Shown here one piece after another: positions 27,961-41,297 of a stretch of DNA of 64,000 bases; positions within the stretch are counted from its first letter, which is position 1, and the number at the start of each line of letters is the position of its first letter. The position numbers were made by a program, and so were the translations under genes. This DNA is from the human T2T-CHM13v2.0 reference genome, Homo sapiens. Location: the NCBI RefSeq assembly GCF_009914755.1, contig NC_060930.1; one strand, 5' to 3'. The notes below the pieces were generated by a model that saw only the letters and a list, made by a program, of their open reading frames with translations, searched no databases and was not told the origin of the DNA.

Positions 27961-30900
27961 TCTGCTTTTAGTCTGCGGTGGCACCACGCTTACCAAGGCA
28001 CAGTATCCCCTTGCTATCCCTTTCCTTCTGTGCATTTTTTCTTTCTGTATGCCTTAACCACACTTCTCCACCTGATAACCTGAAGCTTATCAAGCATTAA
28101 TTCACACATGGTTATCACTGTGGATTGAAGCATCTGATATTTAGAGATAACCATCTTGACGGCAAATAATAAAAACAAAATTGATGAAGAGGATATTTGC
28201 CAGGGGCACAGAGAAGATAGAGATGAGAGTCTATTTTTGATTACTATCTTTCCAGACTTTTAATAAAAAGTTATTACAGTCCCAGGATACCAATTAAAAT
28301 GCTTGTTCCTCTGAGCCCTCTGCAAACCACAACAGCAAACATATGCAGGTAACAATTAATATTTAAAAGTCTAGTTCAACAAAATCATCAGAATCATTAG
28401 GAAACAAAAGGCGTCAACCCTGAGAAAGGCATCTTTACCTGTGTGCCTGCTCATTATCCAGAAACTAGAGGAAATGTTCTTTCATCGTCTGGTAGTTAGC
28501 ACATGCCCTGCAGAGCTAACACCGTCTTCATGCGCGGTACTCGAGCAGCTCTGATGAGATGTCTCAGAAAATCTTTTTTGGGTGATAGTCCACTATCGCC
28601 AGAACTTCTGACTTGTGTTGTAAAAACACAGGCAATTAAGTATTACACAAAGTGGGTCATACGCCACTGAGACAACCACACCGCCCCCAAATCAGACTCC
28701 AAATGACTGTGCTGTGACAAGGTAGGAGGGGTCTGAACGCAGCGAAAGCAAAACTTTTATGTGGTGAGGAGCATTTTAGTTTTCACTGGTTTAGGTTAGA
28801 GAAAGTTAATCTCAATGTCAACTACAAAGCCAACAAACTTTTAGTGTGTTCTTGAATTTATATGACAAATGCTGGCTGTTCATCTAATGGGAAATTCAGA
28901 TCCAATGTCATAAACAGTCTGAGGGACAGTCTCAGGCTTAAATGACATGCCCATCACTAAACAAGTGAGCACTGTGACTCAGTGAAGGAAGGCGGCCAAA
29001 TCGAAACTAAAGATAAAGAACCAAATTCTCATTATCCACATTAGCATCTCCTTCTCCAAAGGAGGATCAAAGTACTGTATACCACTTCCCCACACCCGTA
29101 ACCAACCAGGGCATTCAACACAATCGCAGATGCTACCCAAACACCCTTCAATTGCTGTAGGAAAAAGGTCAAATGTAGTTACCTGAATTGAGCACATTCA
29201 TTCATCTGTCACTGAAGAGCCACAGAAATATTAATCCAATATACACTGAGTTCCTATTACATACAAGGACACAGAGGACATGAAGGGATGCTCTCAAAGT
29301 CACTGCTTTCAAGGAACTTAAGAATCCTTTACACGGGATGATAAAACCTAGATATAACCAATGTCAAAGACAGACTTTTTCTTTTTTTTTTAAACAAACA
29401 AAATCCCTTCTAGCAGCTAGCTGCTTACTAAATACTTCCTATTCTACGGACATAAAGTTTGTGGATTACAATTCTACATTTCTCAGATGAATCTTCTAAC
29501 AATTCCTTAAATTTTACCTTGGTTTTCTTTCAGTGCTCAAAGCCCTTCCTAACCTTGGCCAAGTGTTAGGATTCATCCTAACCTGAAGGCCTAGTACTCT
29601 CCAAAGGGAAGCACAGAGATACCAGCACAACTCAAGGAGCTATAAAATCACACCACAGCAATCGGAAGAGATGCATCTTTAAAGGGGGATAAAGGATGCA
29701 AAGTTAAAGGAAAACTCTGTTCACAGCACAAGAAGGCATATATTTGAATGAAATTTTGTTACCAAAATTATAAAATCAGAATTTGATTGGAGTTCATATT
29801 GTTTGGATTGTGAATGCGGAATGGGAAGATCTGGCTAACTCAACCTTTCCCATTTCTGCCAAATTGCCTTATAGTACAGTGATTACTAATTTCTAAATAA
29901 TCAGAACACAATCAGTTGACCTAACACCAAAGCCATCTTGTACATAACTGAATCTTCCTTTATGATTCCAGAGGCCCACTAGGATCTTACAGGGCCACTC
30001 ACTATCATTTTGACTGACAGAAGGTAGAAATGAAAATACTGGTTGACAGGAATTTCCACCTGATAAAGATACTAGTGAGTCCACACAGCTATCTGTTCTT
30101 ATAAGAGCTGATTAATATAATTAGAAGGAAGAAAAAAAAAGTAACAAGGAGATCACTGTCCTATAAGATGACACTTAAAGGCATCATTCCTAAGTGCCAC
30201 CAGCTTGTAGGATGTAATCAGTCTAGAGCACTGCTTGTAAATTTGGAATTAGTTAATTAGTTTCTTGAAAAAAGTCTGGAAAAATACATAAAAGTATGAG
30301 TTAACAGGTAGGTTATATTTGGGCAGCCAGATTATAGGTAATTTATCTCTACCTTTATTCAATTTTCTGCTATTTTATAAATTATGTAGAATACATGTAT
30401 CACTTTGATAATAAGGAAAACAAAGCTACTTCTGTTCAGATAAAAGGAAACAATTATTTTCTGATTGTGGTTCTGTCTAGAAATCAAGAACACTTCATCA
30501 ATAAGTTTCTGACACTTTCTGTCAAGAAATCAAGGACCCAGCATACTAATCTGAACTGAACTGATGACAAGTAAGGCACAGAATACAGGAAAAACATGCT
30601 AGAAATAACAGATTATAGCTTCTAATTAAGCACCGCAAGGACTCTAAAAATCTTGCTATCCTGCAAAGCTTTGTAAATACTGTTCTGGGGCAGAAGAGCA
30701 GAAGTGCTTTTCCTCCTCATGACGCACAGTCTGTGCAACTTCCAGCTGCCACAAGGCTGCAGGCACACACTCTTACAAGATCTAGCTAATGGGACATCCT
30801 TGGAAAAACATGCTGCAATGCCCTGGGTTAAATCTGGGCTCACAGAGAGGCATCATTTCACTAGTGACAGGTGCATCCAAAAAAGAGCACACAAACCATT

Positions 30901-31767
30901 TCTTAAAAATCAACAGATTGGAAACTATTAGAATAAATTGATAAACAATTTGTACTACAACTGATGTCACTGGGCAGGCAGCTTTATAATAAAACATAGA
31001 TTATTTGGAGACTCACGACTCAGAGAATTATCTTTTGAAATTTTTGATTTATATATTAATGTTTACAACCATGCTGGTAACATCACTCCTCTCTGTACCA
31101 TTAGCAGAGAATGAAAATTAATTTTGATGATCTCTTGAGCAGAACATAATCTGAATCTGAAATGGAATATTACAAATAATCATATCATAGGTTCTTTTTA
31201 TTTTTTAAAAAGAAACAGAATTGGCTTCAAAAGTATGCCGTTGGTTCCCAATGACTATAGGAGCTAAATACATAGGTTCATAAAATGATTTCATATATTA
31301 GTTTTAAAACCAGTAATATCACAACTTTTAGAGTGCTTAACATAAACAGAACATTCAACATTTAACCTCTGGCACTGGAAAGGTGGTAAAAGCCAAAACT
31401 TGCAGTTTCTCGAGAAGGATAAAAATGAATGGTATATTGTTCTGTCCTCAGTCAAAATTTTTAGATTATTATTAAAGCATGGAAATAGGTATACTAAAAC
31501 CTCAGTTAATTAGACTATTTGAGGACAAGAATATTTTTTATTATTTTGATTTTCTGGTTAATTGACAACTACAAAATGCTTTTTGTTGAAGTTTTTCCAA
31601 AGCAGTTTCTTTTCCTCTTTATAAAACATCTAACCATTCTCAATGATTCAGCAGGTCAATGTCATCAGCTACAAGTATCCTCCAGGGTTTACACCCCACC
31701 TTTACTCAAAACCAAAGCTATCTTGTTTTCTTCATCGCTGAAAAAGGGAAGTGTGGTGTGTGCGGTA

Positions 31768-31804
31768 GGGTGGGGTGTGTGGGAGGGAAGGGGAGGGGGT
31801 GGGG
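31768..31804 (+). other. G-quadruplex-forming motif
   Basis: GGGTGGGGTGTGTGGGAGGGAAGGGGAGGGGGTGGGG: seven G>=3 runs with 1-5 nt loops. Confidence 0.7.
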
Positions 31805-33489
31805 AAGTATGAAGGTTAGCTAATTCAGGGTTCTGGCTAGTTGGGTTCCAGGTAGCAAAACCGTCAGTAAACACAAATTCAATGTCTGGAACCAGGCACA
31901 TCTGATTCCTGCGAATGATGAGACAAGGACACAAGGAGATCCCACTAGGGTCTGTCTTTGTTGGTCTTCTCTACTTTATGTCATTTTGTCTCGGTGACTG
32001 CTGGTTTGATGCTCTTCTCTGTGGAAAATGTGTCAGTGTGTCTATCTAAAAATTCTGGTCTATGAACTCATGGGGGGGGAATTTATTTTGATTAGATTCC
32101 ATATCCATGCCCTTTCAACTCAAGCTTAGGGTGGATGTCAAAGATGAATAAGCCCTTACTTTCCTCTCCCTTAGACTTGCTGACCTGAATTTTCTCCTCT
32201 ACAAAAATCTTTAATTCCAGTTTTTTTTTTTTTTTGGTATCTCAGCGGCTCCCCATAGCAACTGACTCAGAAACCTCTTTTCCTTTGCCCTGTTTTCCAA
32301 TACCTAAGTGAAAATCATGAAGAGTTTCTTTCTAAGCAGGTTTGGAAAGTCTGGCGTGAGAATGAGTGGACTAATTTATATATATTGTACTTTAACAAAT
32401 TCATTTTACCTCTTTTCAGTTACACCTTTTCCTTAAGCAAAATTATATATAATGGTTCTGCTATAGGGCCTCTGTAACAGACTATATATATACTGGTATC
32501 TTAAGGAGATAGTAGGATAATTTAGGATAGCAGTTTGTGAACTTTTTGAAACCATGGATCCTTATAGATGACTCTTCAGGAATTCTAACCCCTGGTCAGC
32601 CCTAGGGGTAGAGGGTAAAGGTAGTGAAGACGACCTGAATAAAGTATGGCTACTGGGCCCCATAAAACTGTTGATTGTTCTTCAAAGCCAAATTTCTAGA
32701 AATGTAGAATAAAACACAAAAGCCAAAAAAAGTAGGGTACAATGGACTAACCTAGTGAGTTCCATCCTGTGTGTTCCTCACAGGACTACCGGCCACTCAC
32801 TAACCTGTCTGTGACTTACGGGTACAATAATACCCATAAGTACAGAGATTTGGTGATGGGGGATAAATCTTGCTTCACTTGGAGAATGTAAAACAGGCAT
32901 CATAATAATCATAGGCCCTACAGCGGGAGAACTATCTGCTGTGGATTTCCTCTCACAGCTTTCATTTTCTACTGCGCTGGAATCTACGGGAAGTCTGCAT
33001 TCCCTGGTTCCTGCCTCCATGTCCACCTCCGCTGATTAAGACCTTTCAGAAGCCACAGTGAGGCACACAGCTCTGGGACTCTCTCTGTGCTCTGTGCATG
33101 GACTGGTTTACAAACACCCATCTGGAGGAACTGGAGCAGCCCCACTGCTGGAGCATGGGTGGCTCACGCTTTCCTTCGCCCCAGTGAAGCAGGTCTTCTA
33201 GATGTGTAAATGGCATTTTAGTAGAGACCACAGTTGTTTAAGGCAAATTCCCTTGATGGCTTCTGACAACTGTGTCTTTACTCTGATAGGAAACTCATTC
33301 CTGGGACTGAAGTATATACCATTCAGTGGATCCCTTACCTTTGTTGGCTTCTAAAGGCTGCCCAAAGGGTAACAGGAATGAGGGAGGTGTGAGAGACATA
33401 ATGATCTGTTCTTCCTGCACCCTCACAAACTGCAGCATCCCTATCAAGCACTAGCTAGTGATTCTGCACAGCACTCTTAGGAGGAAAGC

Positions 33490-34100
33490 TTTAAAAAATT
33501 ATGTAAAATATATACAACATAAAATTTACCATTTTACCCATTTTAAGTGTGCATTTCGGTGGCATTAAATACATTCACATTGTTGTGCAACTGTCATCAT
33601 CATTCATCTCCGGAACTCTCCAATCTTCCCAAACTGATACTTAATATCCATTGAACAACAACTTTCAATTTTTCCATCCTCCCATCCCCTGGCAACCACC
33701 ATTCTACTTTCTGACTCTGTAAATCTGACAGTTCTAGGTATCTCATATAAATGAGATATTTAATATTTGCCTTTTTGTGTCTGGATTATTTCACTTAGCA
33801 TCTTCAGGGTTCCTCCATGTCGTTAGCATGTGTCAGAATTTCATCTTTTTAAAGGCTGAATAATATTCCATTGTATGTATTAATATACACCACATTTTGT
33901 TTATCCATTCACCTGTAGATGGACACCTGGGTTGCATCCACCTCTGGCTACTGTGAATAATGCTGCTATGAACATGGTTGTACACACATCTATCTGCTCA
34001 ATTCCCTACTTTCACTTTTTTTGGTATATACCCAGAAGTGGAATTGCTGGATCACTTGGTAATCCTGTTTAATTTTTTTTGAGGAACTGTCGTACTGTTT
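33490..34100 (-). mobile_element. L1MB-type 3' end
   Basis: 'aaaatttaccattttacccattttaagtgt...ggcaaccaccattctactttctg...aaggctgaataatattccattgtatg'. Confidence 0.88.
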
Positions 34101-34109
34101 AGTATTTAA

Positions 34110-34230
34110 TTTTTTAAATATATGCACTTTATCATAAAGAGCAGTTTTAGGTTCACAGTAAAACTGACCAGAAAGTACAGAAGTTTCCCACATGCCCCCT
34201 GTCGCCCTCTGCCCCACAAGATTCAGTTTT
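34110..34230 (-). mobile_element. L1MC/L1MB-type 3' end fragment
   Basis: 'gagcagttttaggttcacagtaaaactgaccagaaagtacaga'. Confidence 0.7.
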
Positions 34231-35408
34231 ATAGGCACCCTACTCACTCGGTGACTGAACGCTCGTCCAAAGACATGGGGAGTGATCCAGGCAGGTCCTG
34301 CCAGATCCAGCAGGAGCCTGAAGCCATGATTCACCTAAGGAGTCATGACAACTTCTTTCCTTCCTGACCTGTAGACAGGAAACTGACTGACAGCAAAGGT
34401 CATCCCACAGGAACACTGGATGTGTAAACGTGGAGATCTGCGGAGTGGCAGAGCAGGAGAGGGCGCTAAGGGGCATTTGATCCAACCTCCTTCTTTCACT
34501 TTATGGTGAAGATGTCTCATAAACTGATAACCTTCCTTCCAGGAATGCAGTGCAGAATAAACTAGTGCTTGTTGGAGATGGTATATTTTTGAGGGTGGAG
34601 TAATAATAATTACATCACTCACAACTCTATCAGCCCTAATCCCAGCCCTGTTACCCTTTGGGCAGCCCCCAGAAGGCACCTCTGGGTTAATTCCATTATA
34701 GATCACTTTTAACACTTACTGGTTTTTGTCTTATTTTTCTGATATTGGGGGTTTTATTTTAAACATTTTAACATATACCTACTGTACATTTAAGTCTATC
34801 TCCAGGATTTTTGACTCTATTAATGTTGAGGCAATACATATGTTCTTTCTTTGCTTGGCAATTGCTTTATTAACAGTGATTATTCTCAACTCCAGAGAGT
34901 TATAATAAGAGAACTGTAAATCCTAAGTGCTACTCTGAATGATAACATCTACCATATCCAAGTAAAATGTTATAAATCACAGTGCTTATCCACAGATTTA
35001 AAATGCCCAGAAATTTCTCAAATGTTTCCTGGACAGTATCACTCATACTATTTTTACACTCACATCGACTCAATGAAACAAAAGAAAAAATGCTGTTTCA
35101 AATTCCTACAGTCAAAGCTCAGAAATATACAATGCATATATCTATTCACAGGTACACATGTACATTTGTATGTATGCTTACATGTGTCCAAATGTACATT
35201 TGTTTAGTCAAACTCTTCTACTTTTTTCTATTAACGTGGAATAAATTGTTCTTGTCCTCAGCAGTTAGGCAACGGGCCTGTTCGAAAGCTAACACCACAA
35301 CATGATGATTCACAAAGTTTTTCAGTCTTGAGAACTTAGAATCTCACAAAACCTGGACTTGCTGGCTTGAGTTACTCATTGGAGGTGTGCTTCCCTTCCC
35401 ATGTGTGT

Positions 35409-35832
35409 GTTTTTTTTTTATTTTTAACTTTTGTGGGTATACAGTAGGTGTGTATATTTGTGGAGTACATGAGATGTTTTGATACAGGCATGCAATATGA
35501 AATGAGCACGTCATGGAGAATGGGGTATCCACCCCCTCAAGCATTTATCCTTTGAGTTACAAACAATCCAATTACACATTTTACTATAAAATGTAAGTTA
35601 TTATTGACTATAGTCACTCTACTGTACTATCAAATAGTGGGCCATATTCATTCTTTCTATTTTTTTTTTTTTGTACCTATTAACTATCCCACCTCCATGC
35701 CCTGCCCCCAACCCCCACTACCCTTCCTGGCCTATGGTAGCTATCCCTCCTACTCTCTATGTCCAGGAGTTCAAGTGTTTTGACTTTTAGATCCCATGAG
35801 TAAGTGAGAACATGTGATGTTTGCCTTTCTGT
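35409..35832 (-). mobile_element. L1MA2/3-type 3' end
   Basis: 'gatacaggcatgcaat...gagaatggggtatcc...gagttacaaacaatccaattacac'; TSD CCCATGTGTGT (35398-35408) / CCCACATGTGT (35833-35843). Confidence 0.88.
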
Positions 35833-36285
35833 CCCACATGTGTTTTGTAAATCAAATCACATTTAAGTGTGTGAGGGGAGGGATAATGCTATGATGACTC
35901 ACTCTGAAAGGGAACAATGTATTTCCCAACTCAGGGGAAAAAAGATTTTCTCTTTTGAGTGTGTCTAAAAGCATGATGAGCACACCTGCAAAAGGACTGT
36001 AGCTGTTGTTTTAGCCTAATAACAGCACTATTAGTCACACTTGTTGAAAACCAGGGGCAAAGAATGGCTGGTACTAGCAGCTCTGGGGTAAAGCTGGCAC
36101 AGAATAATGGCATCAACTGGGCTGGACTTCCAAATGTGAAGGTGCTAAGTGAACCTTAAAACTCTTTTCTGAGACATAAGTCAGTGTATTAAGCAAAGCA
36201 TTAAATTTCTTAATTTAATGCTATTTATTACTCAAGTATATACAGTTTTCTACCTTTTTCATTATTTCAAGCACATGAGTTAAAG

Positions 36286-36471
36286 CAGTGATTCTCAAAT
36301 TGGGGTCCCTGGACCAGCTGCATCAGCCTCACTTGGAAACTTCTTAGAAAAGCAAATTCCTAGCCTGTACCAAATCTACTGAATCAGAAATCTGAGCTTG
36401 AGGCCCAGCAAGCTGTACTTCAACAAGCCCTCCAGGTGATTCTGATTCAAGCTGAAATTTAAGAGCCACTG
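36286..36471 (+). mobile_element. MER5A (hAT-Charlie MITE)
   Basis: CAGTGATTCTCAAA...TTTAAGAGCCACTG termini; 8-bp TSD AGTTAAAG / AGTTAAGG. Confidence 0.92.
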
Positions 36472-37269
36472 AGTTAAGGAACCACCAATATACAGATTCC
36501 AACCTTTGCTCAATGATAACTCTCCAGCTCCTTTGTTAAAAAAAAAAAGTAATTCATGTGTGCTTGGGCTATTTGTTACTATCACCTAAGAAAATATTTA
36601 TCATTGTTTAATTAAGGAAAATAAACCCTGGTCAAAACTTACATGTAATTTTTCCAGGTCCTGTGCTGCCTTCGAGTCTTAGGATGCAGGGAACTGGGCG
36701 AAGGGAGAGATGAGAAGGCTCTGGCAATCCATTCAGACATGGACCCCAAAGTTTTGTGGGGCAACCTTGTGACAGGTCAGTGAGTGTCCACCTAATTGGG
36801 AAGGAAAAGTTGTCCATTAGCAGATGAAAGTATGCATGTGAATGTTTCCCCCTCTCTCCTGCTATCTCGCCATACTCCGTTCTGCTTGTTATGATCTCAC
36901 ACAACTGTCTGTGTCTCTGGCTGTCGGCCTCTTGACCAATCCTCATGAACAGAATAAGACACCATAGCCCGTGGTAGAAACGCCTGGGCTCTGCCTACTA
37001 GAAGCCCTATTCCTTGAGGTATCTCCTTTAGGTGAGCAGCCCTCACGAGGGGCTCTCCTGAATCCAAATGCAGCCTAGGAGATAGGTCCATGTCCAGTAA
37101 GTTATCACCTTCTATATTTCATCTCACGTTTTCTGTCAGCAAATCAGAACACCTTGGTTTAAAAGACACATGTGGCCATTGTAAATAGAAGAGATTTGGG
37201 AAGCAAATGATTTAAGAATTCTGACCGAAATGAGATGATTCCCTGATGCCTCAAATGTGTTTCGTTTTA

Positions 37270-38160
37270 AAATTAATATTTATTTTTTCAGATAACTTAA
37301 TACATGCTTATTGTAGAACATTTGAAACATACAGAAAAATAAAGAAAAAAATAAAGATCAATGGTAACCTTGACACCGATAAATCACTAATGATGTTTTG
37401 TTGTATGGGTCTGAAACTCCTTCACCGAAACTCTTGGGGCCAGATATATTTCAGAATTCAGAATTTTTGGATTTTAGAGATGCAGCTACCATTTATTACA
37501 TTAGTATCTTGTGAGAGTATGGAGCAGCACCCTATAATATTAAATATTAAACATTAAATATTTGTGCACAAAAATAGATGCATATTCTTATTAAGTGGGG
37601 GTAAAATAGAGCCTCACATTTGTTCAGGCCAGGTTTTCCTACCAAAGAAGTTACTAAAAATAGAACAAAACAAAACCCCTTTTGATTTCTGAAAACTTTT
37701 AGATTTAGAATTAGAGATAAGGGATTGTGGGCCAGTATTCTTTTCAGATACATGCACATACTTAAAGTATTGCTTCTACTTTTTCATTCAATTCTGAAAT
37801 AAAATGTGAGTTATATGAATATGAGTATTTCCCCAAGTTATTAAAAATTATTCAAAACATGCTTTTGAATGTTCATGTGTATTATACCCCATAGAAATAC
37901 ATCTTATGTATTTATTTCCCTCATTTTTGGAGTTGCAGATTGTTTTTTTCTTTGTTATTGTAAATAACACTTTAGGGGATATTTCTGAATATCAGATTGT
38001 CTTGAATTTCTGAACATTTTCTTACGCAGGTTCCCAGAAAAGGAATTATTGCATGAAAGGGCATAAACTTTGAGAGTCTTGATTTTCTAGAAAGATTGCA
38101 CCAATTTATATTTTTTTTCAGCAGCATGAATGCCTGGTTAATTATGAACCTTATCACAGA
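37270..38160 (-). mobile_element. Old L1M(E/C) fragment split by MER46C
   Basis: 'aatacatgcttattgtagaacatttgaaacatacagaaaa', 'ttcccagaaaaggaattattgcatgaaagggcataaac'. Confidence 0.55.
37405..37736 (+). mobile_element. MER46C (TcMar-Tigger)
   Basis: 'ctcttggggccagatatatttcagaattcagaatttttggattttag' ... 'gataagggattgtgggccag' followed by TA. Confidence 0.75.
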
Positions 38161-39962
38161 CAGAGAAAAATACACTTGCTCCTCACGCAACTTAACAAAA
38201 TTCTAATCAATGATGATCAAATGTAAGATATTTTATTTTTGTTTTCCTTACACAGAAGATAGTGAACAGCTTGCTGTTTTTGACATAGCAAGAGAGAAAT
38301 GGAGTTAATTTTAGTTTACCATCAAATGACCCTCATTAGGCCAGACTGAGTTAGATGTGGACAGTGGGGGAGCTGTGACTTGTCCATGGGGTCTCCACAT
38401 GGAAAAGCATGTGAGAGAATTCAGAAATAATTCCCATAATATCGTGAGAAGAAAAACCACTGATTATTTGTGGGTTGATAATTCATCTTCTAGAGTAGTG
38501 AGGCCTTGTATTTTCCTTCCTTCTGGGGTTTTCCTATTTCTTGGACATTTTGCTCTTCCTCAGGATGGCATCAAAAAGCAGAAAAAGATGCAAAGACAAA
38601 ATCAAATCAGAATAGCTAATAATAATGGCTAACCCTTATGCATGATTACAGTGTGTCCACTCCAATGCCAGGTCCTTGTATGTATTATCTCATTTAACGC
38701 CAAGTGCATTGGTAACAAAACTGGTGGCTGGCAAGTTTGAAAGTATGTGCCCACTCATTGGTCCTCCTTATTCCCCAATAAGTTTGTAGGAATTTGGGCT
38801 TCAGAATTCCAAAGATGTATTCAAGCCTAGTGTCTCATTACTATGTTGACTCATTGCCTAGCTATATATCACAAGCTTGATCTTTCCACTCTTTGGTCAG
38901 TACCATCTATAGCATCTAAACGAAGCAGAGAAAGTCTAAGAAAATTCTAGACAATAGTAAACCCTTTGAAAGTCCTATATTGACACGGGGAAGGCTATAG
39001 CTCTTTGAGCACAATAGAGAAGTGTGAGGTAAGAGTGTTATATAACACAAAACAGGTTATACATGGAGAAAGACATGAAGACACAGATAAAATACACACT
39101 TGAAAAAAGAAACATACAAACACATTCTTCCCAAATGTGGCTACGAATTAGGAATGCTAAAGCAGGTCTTACAGCCCCAGGTTCTTTTAGATTTATAGCT
39201 TTTTCTAATAATCTCTCTTTCTCTTTCCCCTTTATGTATATTTAACCTTACAGGATAACTGGTATAGAGAATGCCACAATTTTCATATGCTAATAAAAGC
39301 AAACTGAAGTGACGTTTGTTTGTTATATTAAATGAAATAACCTCACTCTTTCACTTATGTATAAACTCAAATTTCTGCACCCACTAATACTATAAGATGG
39401 TTATGGTTTGAGGAGTGGGGGGTGCAAAAAATTTCAATCCTATTTTGGGAGTGATTTAAATTGATCTTTCCCAACAATCTTATCTAAAAATAAGGATTGT
39501 TTCTATCAAAATGATCAAAAGACCAAAGAGAAGTGGACCATTTCCTTCACTGTGGCTTTACTTCATAATTTAAGCATCATTTTCCTGATAATTAGGTGTC
39601 AACGCAGATAGAATAGCTTATAAATGATTTTTCTTTGCCACATTCAGGTATATGCCTAAGTTTCTAAGCAGACCAGAGCTACAGGGAGTGAAAAATAAAA
39701 TGGTAATAGAAGAAATAAACCCTCAAAGAGTATACTTTGTTTTTTCCAAAGGGCCTAACTGCTTCAGGGGAAATACAAAAAACAAACCACCATTAATAAC
39801 GCAAACGATTACCAGACACTCCTTGGATACTCAAACTGTACAACTATCATTGCAAAGCTAATTACAAATTTGGATTCTCTCATTTTAAAAATATACTTCG
39901 AAGCAACCCACTTCTGTTTCAATGCTGAACCAAAGTCTGTGCAATTGGCACACTGTCAAAGT

Positions 39963-39974
39963 AAAAAAAAAAAA

Positions 39975-40006
<32 letters not shown>
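39963..40006. repeat. Compound A(n)(TA)n(CA)n microsatellite
   Basis: Directly visible. Confidence 0.95.
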
Positions 40007-40007
<1 letters not shown>

Positions 40008-40164
40008 TTGCATCACTTGCACTTGAACAAAGTTATTACTTTCAATGTCACTAAATCCTGAACTGCAAAACACCGCAAGCTAAAAGCAAGTAATGCCACA
40101 TGGTATATTATCTTACATTTACAAAAGAGTTTATAGTTTTCCAAGCCACAGAGATACAGACTTT

Positions 40165-40520
40165 CCCACTCACAGTAGCTTTGTTATGCTGGGCACCCCA
40201 CTCACTGCCTCGGAGCCTACTACCTCTCACAGGTTCTTGTGGGGATCACATGAGAATGTATACAGAATTTTTTTTGCAGATTATAAGACATACATAAAAT
40301 ATTAGGTATCTTTTTTTTAAACTAAACAACTTTGTGAGGCATAAAGATATTAATCGCCATTTCATAGTTTGGAAAAGAACACAAGAAGATGTAACAAAAA
40401 AAGTACTAAGTTAGAAGATCTGAGTTTTATTTCTAAATTGGCTACGAACTAGCTGCCTGACTCTCTGGGACTTGATTTCTTCAGTAAAACAAGGGGGTTG
40501 GATGAAATGACTGTAAGGTC
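40165..40520. mobile_element. Cluster of MIR fragments
   Basis: 'ctacctctcacaggttcttgtggggatcacatgagaatgta', 'ctctctgggacttgatttcttcagtaaaacaagggggttggat'. Confidence 0.55.
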
Positions 40521-41097
40521 TTTTGGAAGCCAATGGATCTGTGATGTAGGACGTGGCCATGGTAGTGATGGGAGTGCCTTAGGAAGTAATCCCTCCTGGA
40601 GGCCAAGGAACCATGAGGCCAAAGGTAGCATCCATCAATCTGAGGCCTGCAGTGCTGGCGCAGAGTCCTTGAGCAGCCCCCAACTCCCAGAGATGAGACA
40701 GACATTAACTAACTCATTTTGCTGGACTGAGGGGAGGTTGGTGGAATCCTAAAGGAATGGCCAGGGTGTCTTGGGCATTGGAAAGAAATACCGAAGAAAC
40801 TTAGGACAGCAGGTCTTTATTAACTGGTACAGGTATTTTATAACTTTAACAACTGGTATAGCCAAGTAAGTATATACCAGCTGTCAGTCTTGCTAACAGT
40901 TTTACTGTTGTTTGTCTATCAGTCTCAAAGAGACGGCCACCACTGAGGGCCAACCACCTTGCTTGGCTAAGTTCCTACAGCATGGGGGGAGATGTGTAAG
41001 AGGGCTCTTTTTGGTATTATGAGTGCACATCAGGGTCACATGGGAATTTGACTTTAAAAAGACACTAACTTAGGCCTCTACTAATGCTATTCTACTA

Positions 41098-41297
41098 ACA
41101 CTGTTTAACACAACTTTCTGTAATGATGGAAATATTCAATATCTCTGCTGTCCAATATGGCAGCCACATGAGGATACTGAGCACTTGAAAAGTACCTAGT
41201 GAGAGTGAGGAACTGAATTTTTAACTTTAGTCAATTTAAATCAACTGAAATTTAAATAGCCACATATTGTTAGTGGTTAGCTGATTGGACAGTGCAG
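41098..41297 (+). mobile_element. MER3 (hAT-Charlie)
   Basis: 'aactttctgtaatgatggaaatattc...ctgctgtccaatatggcagccac...aaatagccacat...attggacagtgcag'. Confidence 0.88.
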
